Shown piece by piece: positions 29,828 to 43,273 of a stretch of DNA of 64,000 nt; the stretch's first letter is position 1, and every line of letters begins with the position of its first letter. Origin of the DNA: the human T2T-CHM13v2.0 reference genome, Homo sapiens; the NCBI RefSeq assembly GCF_009914755.1, contig NC_060932.1; one strand, 5' to 3'. The position numbers and the translations under genes are program-made. The notes below the pieces were generated by a model. The model searched no databases, had not been told where the DNA came from, and saw nothing but the letters and a program-made list of their open reading frames with translations.

Positions 29828-31557
29828 CATCTGGGGTCTATAGGAAAATAGAGAACTCTTAACAAATCCTCAGATTTAAAGTGTACTGTAAAGGACAGGT
29901 TAAACTAACAGTTATCAAGGCAGTATTTTAAAAATAGATGTTATCTCTTATATTCTTCACAATGACCCTAAAGTTGGTTTTTCTGCACATATTTTACAGA
30001 TGGACTTATGAGGTCAGTGGGTTTACCTATAAATTCCTGGTTTCTGCTGCTTACCTTTCCTTTACATCTCTCCTCTGTCCCCATCCATATTGCCTGCCTG
30101 CTTCTAGGAGCTGTAGAACCAGCAGCCAGAAGTTTCTTTGCTTCACTAATGCAATTGCCTTTCCTCAGGGTGAGTGGTAGGAAATCTGGTTCAGGCAGTG
30201 GGGAAAGGCAGGGAAATTGCTGGTTATATTTAGTGTCAGAGGCTCTCAGGGAGGAGCTGGGGGCTTGGCAGAATTTCCTTACAGCTTGGAGGCCCCTGGA
30301 GGCCTGAGGCACTGCCTGCTCAATTCTCAGAGTTCAGGCACAGATGGCCCTCGTCAGCCCTTGATTTGTGGGGGGGCACGGGTTCTCACTCCAGTGAGTC
30401 TAGGGGGAGGGATCTCCAGAGGTCTCTGCCCAGCTGGCCACCTCCTGCCCGAAACTATTCAGTATAGAAGAGGGAGGGAGAAAGACCAGATGGGCCACAG
30501 GCTTTGGGCCTCAAGGTGTGAATTTTGTCCTAACCTCAGTCATCTTGGGTACTAGAGGACAGACACCTCTTTATTAGGCAGCTGTTTGTTTGGTGATTAA
30601 CCTAGGGAGCTTGGAAGGCACCCAGAATAATTGTCAAAGCCCGGCAGCCATCTCTGCTGCTGAGATCTTTGTGGGGTGGGGAAGGGTCCTGGGAGGCAGG
30701 GGCATCTCCCTGGAGTTACAGCTTCATTTTGCCTGTACATAGAAGAACCCATCAGAGAGTTTAGGGTGAATGAGTGTATAGGAAAATGGCCTTATGCAAA
30801 CCGATCCCTCAATTAAATATATACACTTGGCCTTTCATGAGACCGTGAAGAAATTTAAAAACAAGATATGATTTCTGCTCTCTAGGAACTTACAGTCCTG
30901 TTTAAAGACACGAAGAGAAAAACGAGATGCCAAACCACAGTGGGAGTTTAGAGAAGACTGTGATGAGAGTTGGAGCATTCTTGGGGAGTCTTTGCTGCAG
31001 AGATGGGACTTTATGCATCAGTACATTCTTAAAGTGTCTACGCTGCCCCGGGATGCTGAGCCCCTGGACACCACAGGTGGCATTTCAGCTATGAGTGAGG
31101 GGGGGCATTTGGAAGGGGAGCCCCGAAGGGGAAGACAATGGCTCAGAGAGAATGAAGTCAGCACTTCCCAGCCTCTGTGTGCTGCGGTCCAAGGCTTCGG
31201 CCGGGAGCACTGCAGAGCAAAAGTTCTGAGAGCCACGGCTCAGGCTTAACTGGCCAGAGCGAGCTTGGCAGCTGCTCTCGTCCCAGCAGGCTTTGCTCTC
31301 TGAGGCAGTCATTCCCACCACACAAAGGCAGTTCTGTGCCTCCCAAAGGTGCTTGGGGCAGGAATGAAGAGCGGAACAGCCCCCATCAATCCAATAGGAT
31401 TGTCGTTTTACGCTGGCGTGGAGCCTCAGACATCAAAAGGGCTGGAGAGTGAAGCCACGTGTGAGCCGTGAAGGTAAGCAGCTCTGCCTGTGCTCCCAAG
31501 CAGGGTGCCTATTCCGGGACAGCATGGAAGCTCCCATGGCCACAGCTACGAGGGAAT

Positions 31558-31700
31558 TGAAGGGAGAAAGGGAGAGAGGGAGAGGGCGAGAGGGCGAGAG
31601 GGAGAGAGGGCCAGAGGGCCAGAGGGCGAGAGCGCGAGAGCGCGAGAGGGCGAGAGGGAGTGGCTGGGGAGAGGAAGCTAGAGGGTGTAGAAAGAGAAGG
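31558..31700. repeat. GA-rich low complexity, (GAGAGGGC)n-like
   Basis: Read directly from the sequence. Confidence 0.85.
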
Positions 31701-32300
31701 AGTCACACTCACACCTGGGGTTTGAGATCTTGTTCTCCCACTCACTAGCTGAGCAACCTTAGGCGAGCTGCTTCAGCCTCACCCAGCCTGTTTGTTGACA
31801 AAAATGGCGGGCTTACCACCCACTTCCATGCGGTCTATTTGAGCATGAAATGAATAAATATTGGTAAATCTGCAGTGTAGACTGTCAGGTACTATAAAAT
31901 GTTTTTGCTGTTGAGTTGTTTACTGTTACCAAAAGAAGATACGGTCAGAACAAATTTGGGCCTTCTATGAGCTCCCCCAGGCCAGGAGAGGGTAGGGCAG
32001 CACTGACCATGCTGGAGGGGGGATGCTAGCTGGGAATACACAAGAAAGAAGAAAGATGCACACTACTTTCCAACTACCCGATCTCCCTGGTCCAGTAGGT
32101 AGACAGATTATGGGATGGAAAGAATCTTTAGCCAGTTCCAACCTCTGGGGACTTCGTGGTGAATTATTTCTAGGGAATTTTCTAATGCCTGGGCACAGGA
32201 AGCATTTTAGACAGGGTGAATATATCATGATTCCCCATGAGGCTATTTCTCAAATGTGCATGGATACTGTTGTGATTATTAAAATGTGAATTAATTGTAA

Positions 32301-32647
<347 letters not shown>

Positions 32648-33430
32648 GTTTGAGGAATTTTTTCTTAAACAGAGATGATTTGGTAGGGATGCTGGGTGAT
32701 TTGTTAACTCTACAAGATGATTGGGGACCACTACTGTAGGGCAGGGCAAATTGTGTAGAGAATGCATTTGAGTAGCGAGGAGGTGAAGGAACAAATGCAT
32801 AGGGGACTGAGGGGCGCCATGGAGAGGCAGTGTGAAGCCACACACAGGAAGAGCCTGTGCTTTGGGATCAGCTTAAGCTGGCTTCAATTCCCCGTTCTGC
32901 CCCTTATGTAGGCCTTGGGTAACAAACACACCTTTTGTAATCTTTATCCTTCATAGAATTCGTGAGGATCAAATGAGATATTATTTTAAAGTCATAGTTA
33001 GTCCTTGCAAATATGAGTTGAATAATGAAAAGAAGGCATCCCCTCTTTGACAAGATATTTCCCTTCTTGTATTTTCTCTAGTCCACTGTTCCCTACGTAA
33101 GGATCTCAGAGAAGCAGGTCTAAACTTAGAAGATTAAGAAGAAAAACAAAAAACAACCTAGTATTTGTATTTTCTCTCAAAGTAGTGGGGAAGCTGAGGA
33201 ACTTCAGCGACTTAACTGTAGCCTCACCTTCCTTGAAGGAGGGGACCACAGGATTGCCACTGGATTTTTTGGGCTACATCTTGGTTGTTGGGTTGAGGCT
33301 TCAATGCTTGGATTAGACATCACTTCCACCATTAGCAGCTCACAAGACTGCCGGTGCTTAAGGAATGTGAGAGCGTCCATTCCCTGAGGTCTGAGACCGC
33401 CATTCGTTTCTGGCATAGAGCAGATGCTTT

Positions 33431-33918
33431 TGTTACAGGAAAGGGGTCCCGATCCTTTTATTAAGTTTATTAAAAAAGTGGAGGAATATAAGAATGGCTA
33501 CTCCATAGAGAGAGCAGCACCGAGGGCTGCTGGTTGCTCATTTTTGTAGTTACTTCTTGATTACATGCTAAACAAGGGGTGGATTATTCATGCCTCCCCC
33601 TTTTAAAGCATATAGGGTAACTTCCTGATGTTGCCATGGCATTCGTAAACTGTCGTGGTGCTGGTGGTGGTGTGGCAGTGAGGATGACCAGAGGTCACTC
33701 TCATCTCCATCTTGTTTTTGGTGGGATTTGACCAGCTTCTTTACTGCAAACTGTTTTATCAGCAAGGTCTTTGTGACCTGCATCTTGTGCTGACCTCCTA
33801 TCTCATCCTGGGACTTAGAATGCCTTAAGTGTCTGGGAATGCAGCCCAGTAGGTCTCAGACTCATTTTACCCAGCCCCTACTTAAGATGGAGTTGCTCTG
33901 GTTTACACGCCTCTGACA
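33431..33918 (-). mobile_element. MER41A (ERV1) solo LTR
   Basis: TGTTACAGGAAAGGGGTCCCGATCC...CACGCCTCTGACA; ATTATTCATGCCTCCCC junction lacks the MER41B GAS-site block. Confidence 0.9.
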
Positions 33919-34639
33919 ATCACGATATGTGGCTGAATGAGTGAGTGAGTGAGTGATTGAGTGGAGAATTCACGCCTTGTCTTGCCCTTGCCATCTCATT
34001 TCCAGGACAGCTGCTGGGGACTCTGGAGTGCTCTCTGTCTCCTTCTGCTTGGGCACACAGGCTTCTCCTTCTGCATGGGCAACACCCAGGCCCACCTAAA
34101 ACTCCAGTTTTGGATCCCAGTTTCTTTCTCAGATGCCAAATATTTGGGAGCAGTGCTTTTCATTGTGTGCCTGATCCTGGAGCCTGAATCTCCACCTTGT
34201 TCCCTGATAGTGGGCAAAGGGATGCTTTTTTCCTGATGCAAGATGCAGTATTAGAGCCCTGCCAAAATCATGGGCTCAATTTCCCCCCTCCCACTCCCCT
34301 TCTGTACTCCTTTTGAACCAGATCGAGTTCAATTAAAAGAAAAAAGAAGCATGTTAACCCAATTCACATCCCTCACATTAAGGTGCTAATAACTTGGAGT
34401 TAAACCTCCTGGGGAACATTTGCATTTTAATAGAGTGTGCTTAGGACCATTCATGCTCTGGTGGGGGGACGTGTTTTGAACTGGGAGCCTGGAGATTTGG
34501 ATTTAGTCCCCAAGCTACAATTAGCCCTTTGCCCTTGGGTAAGTGATCTCTCTCTCTCTTTGTCTGCTTAGACTCTCCAACTGGTCCCTAAATTTAAAAT
34601 TTTGGACTAGATAATTTATCCCACATACACTTTATAACA

Positions 34640-34790
34640 ATTTTATGAGACAGGTACTATTCATGGCACCATTTTACAGATGAGAAAACTGACGCCCAGG
34701 GAAGTCAATAAGTGTCTTACTGAAGGTCAGTCGCTACTGTGGAGCAGAACCAGGATTCAAACCCAGGCAGTACGATGCAAGCATCTTACC
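34640..34790. mobile_element. MIR relic
   Basis: CCATTTTACAGATGAGAAAACTGA...GGATTCAAACCCAGGCAG. Confidence 0.8.
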
Positions 34791-36232
34791 CACCTCACAC
34801 CGTTCAGCCCCTCCCTGTCACATTTTCCCAAAATAAATAATCCTGTGTCATCATGAGGAAGAGCTTTGGGATGGGGTGGGGTGAGGGCCGAGGGAAAAGT
34901 TTGCTGGGGACCCATCACGGGGCATCACCTCCTCCTTTTCCTTTTCCTCTCTCCTGTCCCCACCCACTGGCCACACAAGCTAGAGCTGGGCCATTTGCTA
35001 GACAGAGGGGGTGGTGTTTACAGTTTCGTGAAAGGCAATCGCTAACCCTCTTGACCAACCATCACACCCTGTTGAATGTAACAGGTAACATCCTGCACAC
35101 ACATTCAGATCTGAGTACTTGACAGCAACTGTTTTTAATTTGCAGATGATAGTTGGTTTCATGAAAACAAAGATCTTCCTGCAAATCTTGTAGGTTAAAA
35201 CTAAATAATTAACTGCATGAAAGTGAAGTACTCAAAATACAATTGGACATCAGATATGCTGATGAAAAGAAACTGAGAAGTGCACCCAGCAGAGCCAGCT
35301 GCCCTGCCCTCTCCACAGGGGCCTGGGGATGGGAATCCTACCCTCAGTGGGATATGGTGCTGGAGCTGTGGGTTGGAGCGATGTTCATGGGAAGAACATG
35401 TTGGCAGGGATAGTGGTAAGGGGAGTGAAGGGAAGAGAGAAATTCAGTTTCCTGGAAGATTTGTGACCAGTTCGTTGAGATGGCATTTCCATGGAATTCA
35501 GGAGACTGCATGGAACATAGATTTAAATTCAGAAGCTGGGAGTATATCCTGAGGACAGACACAAAGAAACCCCATGGTCCGAAGACCTACCAGAGAACAT
35601 GCAGTTCAACAGGAATGAAAAGAAAAACAAATGTAAAAGTCGTCTCCTCTGTATAGATCTCTTAAGATGGAAGTGCCAGCAGCTACAGATCCTTCCAAGG
35701 TGCCAGGCAGTGCTCTAAGTGGATGTCACTGAAGTCCTGTAGCCAGGAGCTATTCGTATTACTGTCCCTACTTTGCGGAGGACTCACAGCACGCATGTTA
35801 AGACACTTTCTTTTGGTCATAGCTGGAGCCCATATTTGAAGCGGATGAGCTGGTTTAGGGGCCGTACTCAGCTGGTTGAGTGTCATAGAGGAAAGGACAG
35901 TGGGTACCAGAGGGATTTTCCTCAGTCCAGACACCTGAGTCCAGTCCCTGGGGACTTCAGGCTGGGTTATTTTGTCCTTAGTCTAATCTTGGAGGAGCAG
36001 GCACCCCTGCGGATGGGGCAGGGAGGAACATGGGTCACAGGTGCTCTGTGTGTAGACTTCATCTACTCTGCCTGCTTGCTGCCCCTCCTCAGGCACCTGG
36101 GCCTCCTGGGTGTCAGGAACCTCTCAGTGATCTCCTGGCAAATTGTTTCTTATCTGTCTGGCATTCCTCTCAGCAGGCCTTGAGTTGTAAGACTTGTCAC
36201 CTGATAAATTAATTGCCCTTCCTCCAGACGTT

Positions 36233-36236
<4 letters not shown>

Positions 36237-36280
<44 letters not shown>
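36237..36280. repeat. (TG)n microsatellite
   Basis: About 22 perfect TG units. Confidence 0.98.
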
Positions 36281-36281
<1 letters not shown>

Positions 36282-36289
36282 TGATTTTC

Positions 36290-37134
36290 ATTTCTTTTTT
36301 TTTTTAATTATACTTGAATTCTGGGATACATGTGCAGAACATGCAGGTTTGTTAAATAGGTATACGTGTGCCATGGTGGTTTGCTGCACCCATCAACCTG
36401 TCATCTACATTTGGTATTTCTCCTAATGCTATCCCACCCCTTGCCACCCATTGCCTGACAGGCCGCAGTGTATGATGTTCCCCTCCCTGCGCTCATATGT
36501 TCTCATTGTACAACTCCCACTTATGAGTGAGAACATGCGGTGTTTGGTTTTCTGTTCCTGTGTTAGTTTGCTGAGAATGATGGTTTCCAGCTTCGTCCAT
36601 GTCCCTGCAAAGGACATGAACTCATTCTTGTCCCTGCAAAGGACATGAACTCATTCTTTACGGCTGCATAGTATTCCATGGTGTATATGTGCCACATTTT
36701 CTTTATCCAGTCTGTTATTGATGGGCATTTGGGTTGGTTCTAAGTCTTTGCTATTGTGAATACTGCTGCAATAAACATACGTGTGCATGTGTCTTTATAG
36801 TAGAATGATTTATAATTCTTTGGGTATATACCCAGTAATGGGATTGTGAGATCAGATGGTATTTCTGGTTCTAGATCCTTGAGGAATCACCACACTGTCT
36901 TCCACAATGGTTGAATTAATTTACATTCCCACCAACAGTGTGAAAACGTTCCTATTTCTCCCCATTCTCTCCGGCATCTGTTGTTTCCTGACTTTTTAAT
37001 GATCACCATTCTAACTGGCGTGATGGTATCTCATTGTGGTTTTGATTTGCATTTCTCTGAAAACCAGTGATGATGATGAGCTTTTTTTCCCATATGTTTG
37101 TTGGCTGCATAAATGTCTTCTTTTGAAAAGTGTC
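36290..37134 (-). mobile_element. 5'-truncated L1PA (primate L1) 3' end
   Basis: Minus ORF 36429-36617 MSFAGTWTKLETIILSKLTQEQKTKHRMFSLISGS is the ORF2p C-terminus; typical L1PA 3' UTR. Confidence 0.95.
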
Positions 37135-38007
<873 letters not shown>

Positions 38008-38372
38008 TGTATTAGTCTATTCTTGCATTGGTATAAAGAACTACCTGGGACTGGGTAATTTATAAAGAAAAGAGGTTTAATTGACTCACAGATCCACATG
38101 GCTGGGAAGGCCTCAGGAAACTTACAATCGTGGTGGAAGGTGAAGGTGAAGCAGGCACCTTTTACATGGCCAGAGAAGGAGGAAGAGAGAGAGAAGGGGG
38201 AGGTGCTACTCACTTTTAAACAACCAGATCTCATGAGAACTCACTATAATGAGAACAGCAAGGGAGAAATCCACCCCCATGACCTAGTCACCTCCTATCA
38301 GGCCCCTCCTCCAACATTGGGGATTGCAATTTAACATGAGATTTGGGTGGGGACACAAAACCAAAGCTATCA
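38008..38372 (-). mobile_element. MSTA-type MaLR solo LTR
   Basis: TGTATTAGTC...CTATCA; 5-bp TSD CTGAG. Confidence 0.93.
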
Positions 38373-38596
38373 CTGAGGATTGTTCCACTGCATGGATGCT
38401 CTACCCAGTCACACCATCCAGGCCCAATCCAGCCATGTCTGGAGACTGACACCAATCTGTATCTGCAGTGCTCCAGTCGGCTCATTCTCACCAGGAACTG
38501 TTCATTGCAGGGAGAAAGGCCTAGCCAAATTTCCTTATTCACCATCAGAGAAATCAAATGTCAGAGCTGGAAAGATCCTTGATACCAGTGGGTCCC

Positions 38597-38980
38597 TGTT
38601 TGGGGTTGAATTGTGTCCCTTTCAAATCTATGTGTTTTAATTCCTAGTACCTCAGAATGTGACTGTATTTGGATACTGGACCTTTAAGTAGGTAATTAAG
38701 TTAAAATGTGATCAGCAGGGCAGGCCCTAATTCAAGATGCCTGATGCCCTTCTAAGAAGCGGAGATTAGGGTAAGGATACACACCAGAGGGAAGACTATG
38801 GGAAGGCAAAGGGAGAAGACGGCCATCTATAAGCCAAGGAGGGAGAGACCTCAGAAGAAACCAATCCTGCTAACACCTCAATCTTGGACTTCCAGCCTCC
38901 AGAATTGTGAGAGCGTCCATTCTGTTGTTGAAGGCACCCAGTCAAATGCTTTTTTATGGCATCCCAAGCAGACTAATGCA
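38597..38980 (+). mobile_element. MLT1B-like MaLR LTR
   Basis: TGTTTGGGGTTGAATTGTGTCCC...GGACTTCCAGCCTCCAGAATTGTGAG...GACTAATGCA. Confidence 0.87.
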
Positions 38981-39715
38981 GCCCTGTATTACCCATTCAG
39001 TCCAACAAGCATTTGCTGAATGCTTTCTACATGACAGGCTGGGTCAGGGATATATTAGGAGGGAAGAGATGAGGTTTCCATCATTTAGAAACCTCTGGCC
39101 TCCTTGCATTTTGCATATCAACAAACCAAGGCTCAGATGGCTAAGCTGACTTCTTGAGATCATAATATCCTACTTCTTTATTCCTTTGGTCGTCTTGCCA
39201 AAGGGGACACCACAGTGTGACCCAGTGTGTGGGCTTTGAGGAAAGCTTGGTGTAGTGGAAAAGTGCCCTGAAGCAGGGGTCAAAAAAGCTAAGTTCTAGT
39301 CCAGACTCCATCCTCATTTGTTGTGTTGCCTCTAGCTTTCATCAGGCCTCTGTGAAATGGGCATGGTGATCCTCCTCCAGCCTTCTCCACGGGTGGCCAT
39401 AAGAACCAAAGAAGAAAGTGCAGGCGAAGCTCCAAGTGGAAAGCATAATGATTAGGATGGGATGGGCCTTCAGGGAAGCCTGCTGGATGCCATCCAGGAC
39501 ACACTTGCTCCAGGTCTGCACTTGCCCTCAGAGCAGGTGTCTGCCATCTGGCTTCGACAATCTGTGCTGTTCTGTGTGTGCTAATGACACAGGCCTGTGC
39601 AGCCCTCTTCAGTTACCTTTGGCAGACCTAGACACAGGGGCCCTGGCTCCAGAGACAGTGCTGGCTCCTGTGGCACTTTAAGTATATGGAAAGACCCTTG
39701 AGACCAACGGGTCCC

Positions 39716-39833
39716 TGTTTGGGGCTGAATTGTGTCTCTTCCAAATCTAAATGTTCAAATCCCTAGTATCTCAGAATGTGACTGTATTTGGAGATTGGGC
39801 CTTTAAGTAGGTAATTAAGTTAAAATGAGGTCA
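39716..39833 (+). mobile_element. MLT1B 5' fragment (duplicate of the 38597 element)
   Basis: Shares the LTR start and about 29 bp of upstream flank with 38568-38714. Confidence 0.85.
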
Positions 39834-39885
39834 AGCCTGCCATGGAGGTATACCCGATATGCCCTGTGAACCTTTGGTCACCCGC

Positions 39886-40314
39886 TGTGATGGCTGATCT
39901 TAGGTCTCAACTTAGCTATGCCATGGTCCCTAGATAATTGGTGAAACAACAGACTAGATGCTTCTGTGAGTGTAATTTTTAGATGACATTAACATTTAAA
40001 ACAGCAGACTTTGAGTAAAACAGATTACTGTCCACAGGGTGGTGGGCCTCATCAGATCAGTTGAAAGCCTTAAGGTAAAACAGACTGAGGTCTCCCAAGA
40101 AAGAGAGAATTCCTCCTGGAGACCGCTTTTGGAATTGACCTGCAACCTTAACTCTTCCCTGGGTCTCCAGCCTGCCAGCCTGCTCTGCAAAATTCAGACT
40201 TTCCAGCCAACACAATTATGGGAGCCAATTCCTTAAAATAAATCTCTCTCTCTCTAAACATGTAATACACATATCCTGTTGGTTCTGTTTCTGTCGAGAA
40301 CTCTGACTAATATA
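39886..40314 (+). mobile_element. MLT2 (ERVL) LTR
   Basis: TGTGATGG...GGGCCTCATCAGATCAGTTGAAAGCCTT...GAGCCAATTCCTTAAAATAAATCTCTC...GACTAATATA. Confidence 0.87.
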
Positions 40315-40321
40315 CCCCACC

Positions 40322-40684
40322 TTATATCGTCAATGTGGGCTGCTATAACAAAATACCACAGATTAGGTGGCTTAAACAACAGACGTTTATTGCTCACAGT
40401 TCTAAAGACTGGGAAGTCCAAGATCAAGATGCCCACAGATTTGGTTCTTCCTGGCTTGCAGATAGCTGCCTTCTTACTGTGTCCTTGCGTGATGGAGAGA
40501 AAGTGAGCTTTGGTCTCTCTTCCTCTTCTTACAAGGGGACTAATCCTATTATGGCAGCCCCACCCCAATGGCTTCAACTAAACCTAATTACTTCCCAAAG
40601 TCCCACCTCCAAATACCATCACACTGGGGGTTAAGAGCTTCAACATATGAATTCTAGGGGGACACAAGCGTTAAGTCTGTAACA
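40322..40684 (-). mobile_element. MLT1A-like MaLR LTR
   Basis: GGGCTGCTATAACAAAATACCACAGA...GGGAAGTCCAAGATCAAG. Confidence 0.87.
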
Positions 40685-40709
40685 CCCCGTTATCCCCATT
40701 CTCAAATAA

Positions 40710-40880
40710 CTCTCATTTATTGAGCACTTATTGTGCTTACTAGCCAATGTTCTACACATATCATATGCAACCATACGTGAGTATTATTGTCTCTGTTTTA
40801 CAGTTGGTGACCCTGAGGCACAGAAAGCTGAGGGAATTTGTTCGAAGTCACACAGCTGGTAAGTGTCCTGGAGTCTACTT
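40710..40880. mobile_element. MIR relic
   Basis: TTTATTGAGCACTTA...TTTTACAGTTGGTGACCCTGAGGCACAGA...GTCACACAGCTGGTAAGTG. Confidence 0.7.
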
Positions 40881-42122
40881 TCTTGACCTCTGTGCTGTGC
40901 TGCCTCTTGGGTCCAAACCCACATACCTGAACATAAAATGAGCGCTTACACCTATCCAAAGAACAGAGACAGTGCAGCCTCTCAGGTGAGTGCACCAGTC
41001 CCCTGGCCACAGGAGGGACATGCAGATTTCTGGGAATGGTACCCTGTGAGTCATGACATTCTTGCTGAAGCTGCATCAACTGAGACCAGTCCTGCTCCTA
41101 CTTCTTCGCCGGGCCACAATGGCTGGGATAGTGCCTTGCATGGATGCTGGCGCTCAGGGGCTGCTGATGGGCAATGAGGTAGATGGTCAGACATGGACCT
41201 ACAAAAGCAAGCCTAGGCAGTGCCTCCCATCCGAGCCTTCTGGGATGGAGAAGACAAGTCCTTTACATAATCTAAAAGAAATTAGCAACTTCTGGCTCAA
41301 GCCTGAGTTTGCATGTTTGCCTCCCTTGCCTCCTAAATCCCACTGACATGACAGCAAAGATATAAAAAGGAAATCAACTCGTAACTGTGCTGAGAACAGC
41401 AGGGGTGGCCCTCTGTGCCCAGAGATTCTGGTGAATTTCTGAAAGACGGAAGAAGAAGGGAACATATGGAGGAAAAAGCTACAGTTTAGAACATGATCAG
41501 GAAAGTGCTGCCAGCGATGAGGGAGCAGATTACCCTCAAACACTGTGTGAAAAATATTTACACTATGTGCAGTATTAGTTTTATGATGATGATGATATAT
41601 ATAACAAATAACACATTTTCTCACTTTCAATCTGCTGATAATGGTCTTGGTGACATTAAGATGTTTTTTCTCAAGGTGTGTTAGCTGAGCCCTGGGCAGC
41701 TGCTGTCAGGCTCCTGTGGGCAGGCGCTTTCAATCTTGGCTTCTGTGGCCTTGGTAGAGGGCCACAAAAAGCTTCTGAGGTCATCTGCGAACATTATTGC
41801 TTCTATGGGCATTTTCCTGGGAGACCTTGGATACATTGCTTTGACCAGATTTGCAAAAAACTTAATGGTCCAAGACTGTCATTCACTGTCGGAGTTTTTG
41901 ATGACTTTTCCAGTTTCCATGGTTGGGTTGTTGGTTTATCCAAAGTCATGTAGCAAGGCCATGATGGAGCTGTCGTGGGGCCACAGGTCTCAAGGCTCTG
42001 AGTTGGTGCTCTTTGCCACTTCCTAAGTATCCTTACAAATGAAAAGGGGCACATCCATTTTCTTAATGAGCAAAGCAGCCAAGAGTGGCACTGAGTTCAG
42101 ACTCCTCTAAAAATCTGGTCCA

Positions 42123-42411
42123 GTCTGGGTGTGGTGGCTCACACCTGTAATCCCAGCACTTGGGAAGACTGAGGCAGGAGTATCACCTGATGCCAGGGGT
42201 TCAAGACCAGCCTGGGCAACATAGTGAGATCCTGTCTCTATAAAAATTGTTGAAAAAAATTAGTGGTGGCACGTACCTATAGTCCCAGCTACTTGGGAAT
42301 CTGAAGCAGGAGGATGGCTTGAGTCCAGGAGTCCCAGGCTACAGTGAGCTATGATAGCAGCGCTGCACTCCAGCCTGGGTGACAGAGCAAGACCCTGTTT
42401 AAAAAAAAAAA
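42123..42411 (+). mobile_element. AluJ-like
   Basis: Sense dimer; TSD AAAAATCTGGTCCAG. Confidence 0.93.
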
Positions 42412-43273
42412 TCTGGTCCAGAAACACAGGGTGTGTCCTCAAAATAAATCCTGTCCAGATTCCAAATTGCTCACGTGTGCCTTGTCTCAAATAAGAACTA
42501 CCATTACAAAGGGAGTGGCAGAGGCAAAGGACATTCCACTGCTTTTTTTTTGTTCCCTGTGACCTCCCCAAGTGTTTCTTCTCTGCAAATGCCCAGTAAG
42601 AGATGGCCTTCCCCTCCTCTGTATCCCCTCTTGGAGAGTCAACACGTCCAACTGAGCCCTCTTGTTGGCACTAATTGATGCCATTGGGTAATCCTTAATT
42701 ACTGCCCACAGTTCCCCAGCATGTAATGAGTGGTGAGCCAGTGCCGCGGGGTTCCAACCAGCAGGCCTTAAAAATCTGAGCTGTTCACACGAGTAGCTGG
42801 AGCTGCTCTCTCTCTCTCTGGGTCCCTCCTTGTCTCAGAGTTGCATCATGCTGGGGAAATTTGCCCAATATCTGTACACGGACCCGTGGAGGCTGCTGGT
42901 GCACATCTGTTGGCCATCCCTGGCCAGAAACCACAGCAATCAGCTGGAATGGGCTTAATGGCCCATGCCTTGTCTCAATCTGTAGGCACATCTAAAGATT
43001 TGGCTTAGGGAGGTTCCCAGCTGATTGGCTGCCAGCTGGCTTCTGGATAGACAACTGTCTTTTGTGGTTATCCCATTCTTGGCCTAGGTGGACATTTTCA
43101 AAGTTCTCCTAGCTTTAAATTATTCATAGGCAGTTAGAGGGAGTCAGGGAGGGTTTGCCTAAAGCGCCGTTTTCACTCTAAGTTCTCATTTAAGGCAGGT
43201 TGGTGCTGGAGGAAGGTCACACCCTTTGGGTTCAGACATAACTTGGCTTATTCAGAGGACTAAATAAGTTAAT

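Noticed and set aside
33431-33918. MER41 as an interferon-inducible STAT1 enhancer
   Set aside because: This copy has the MER41A junction ATTATTCATG-CCTCCCC and lacks the tandem TTCNNNGAA GAS block of MER41B.
36429-36617. ORF resembling reverse-transcriptase protein C-terminus
   Set aside because: Fragment of a 5'-truncated, non-autonomous L1PA.
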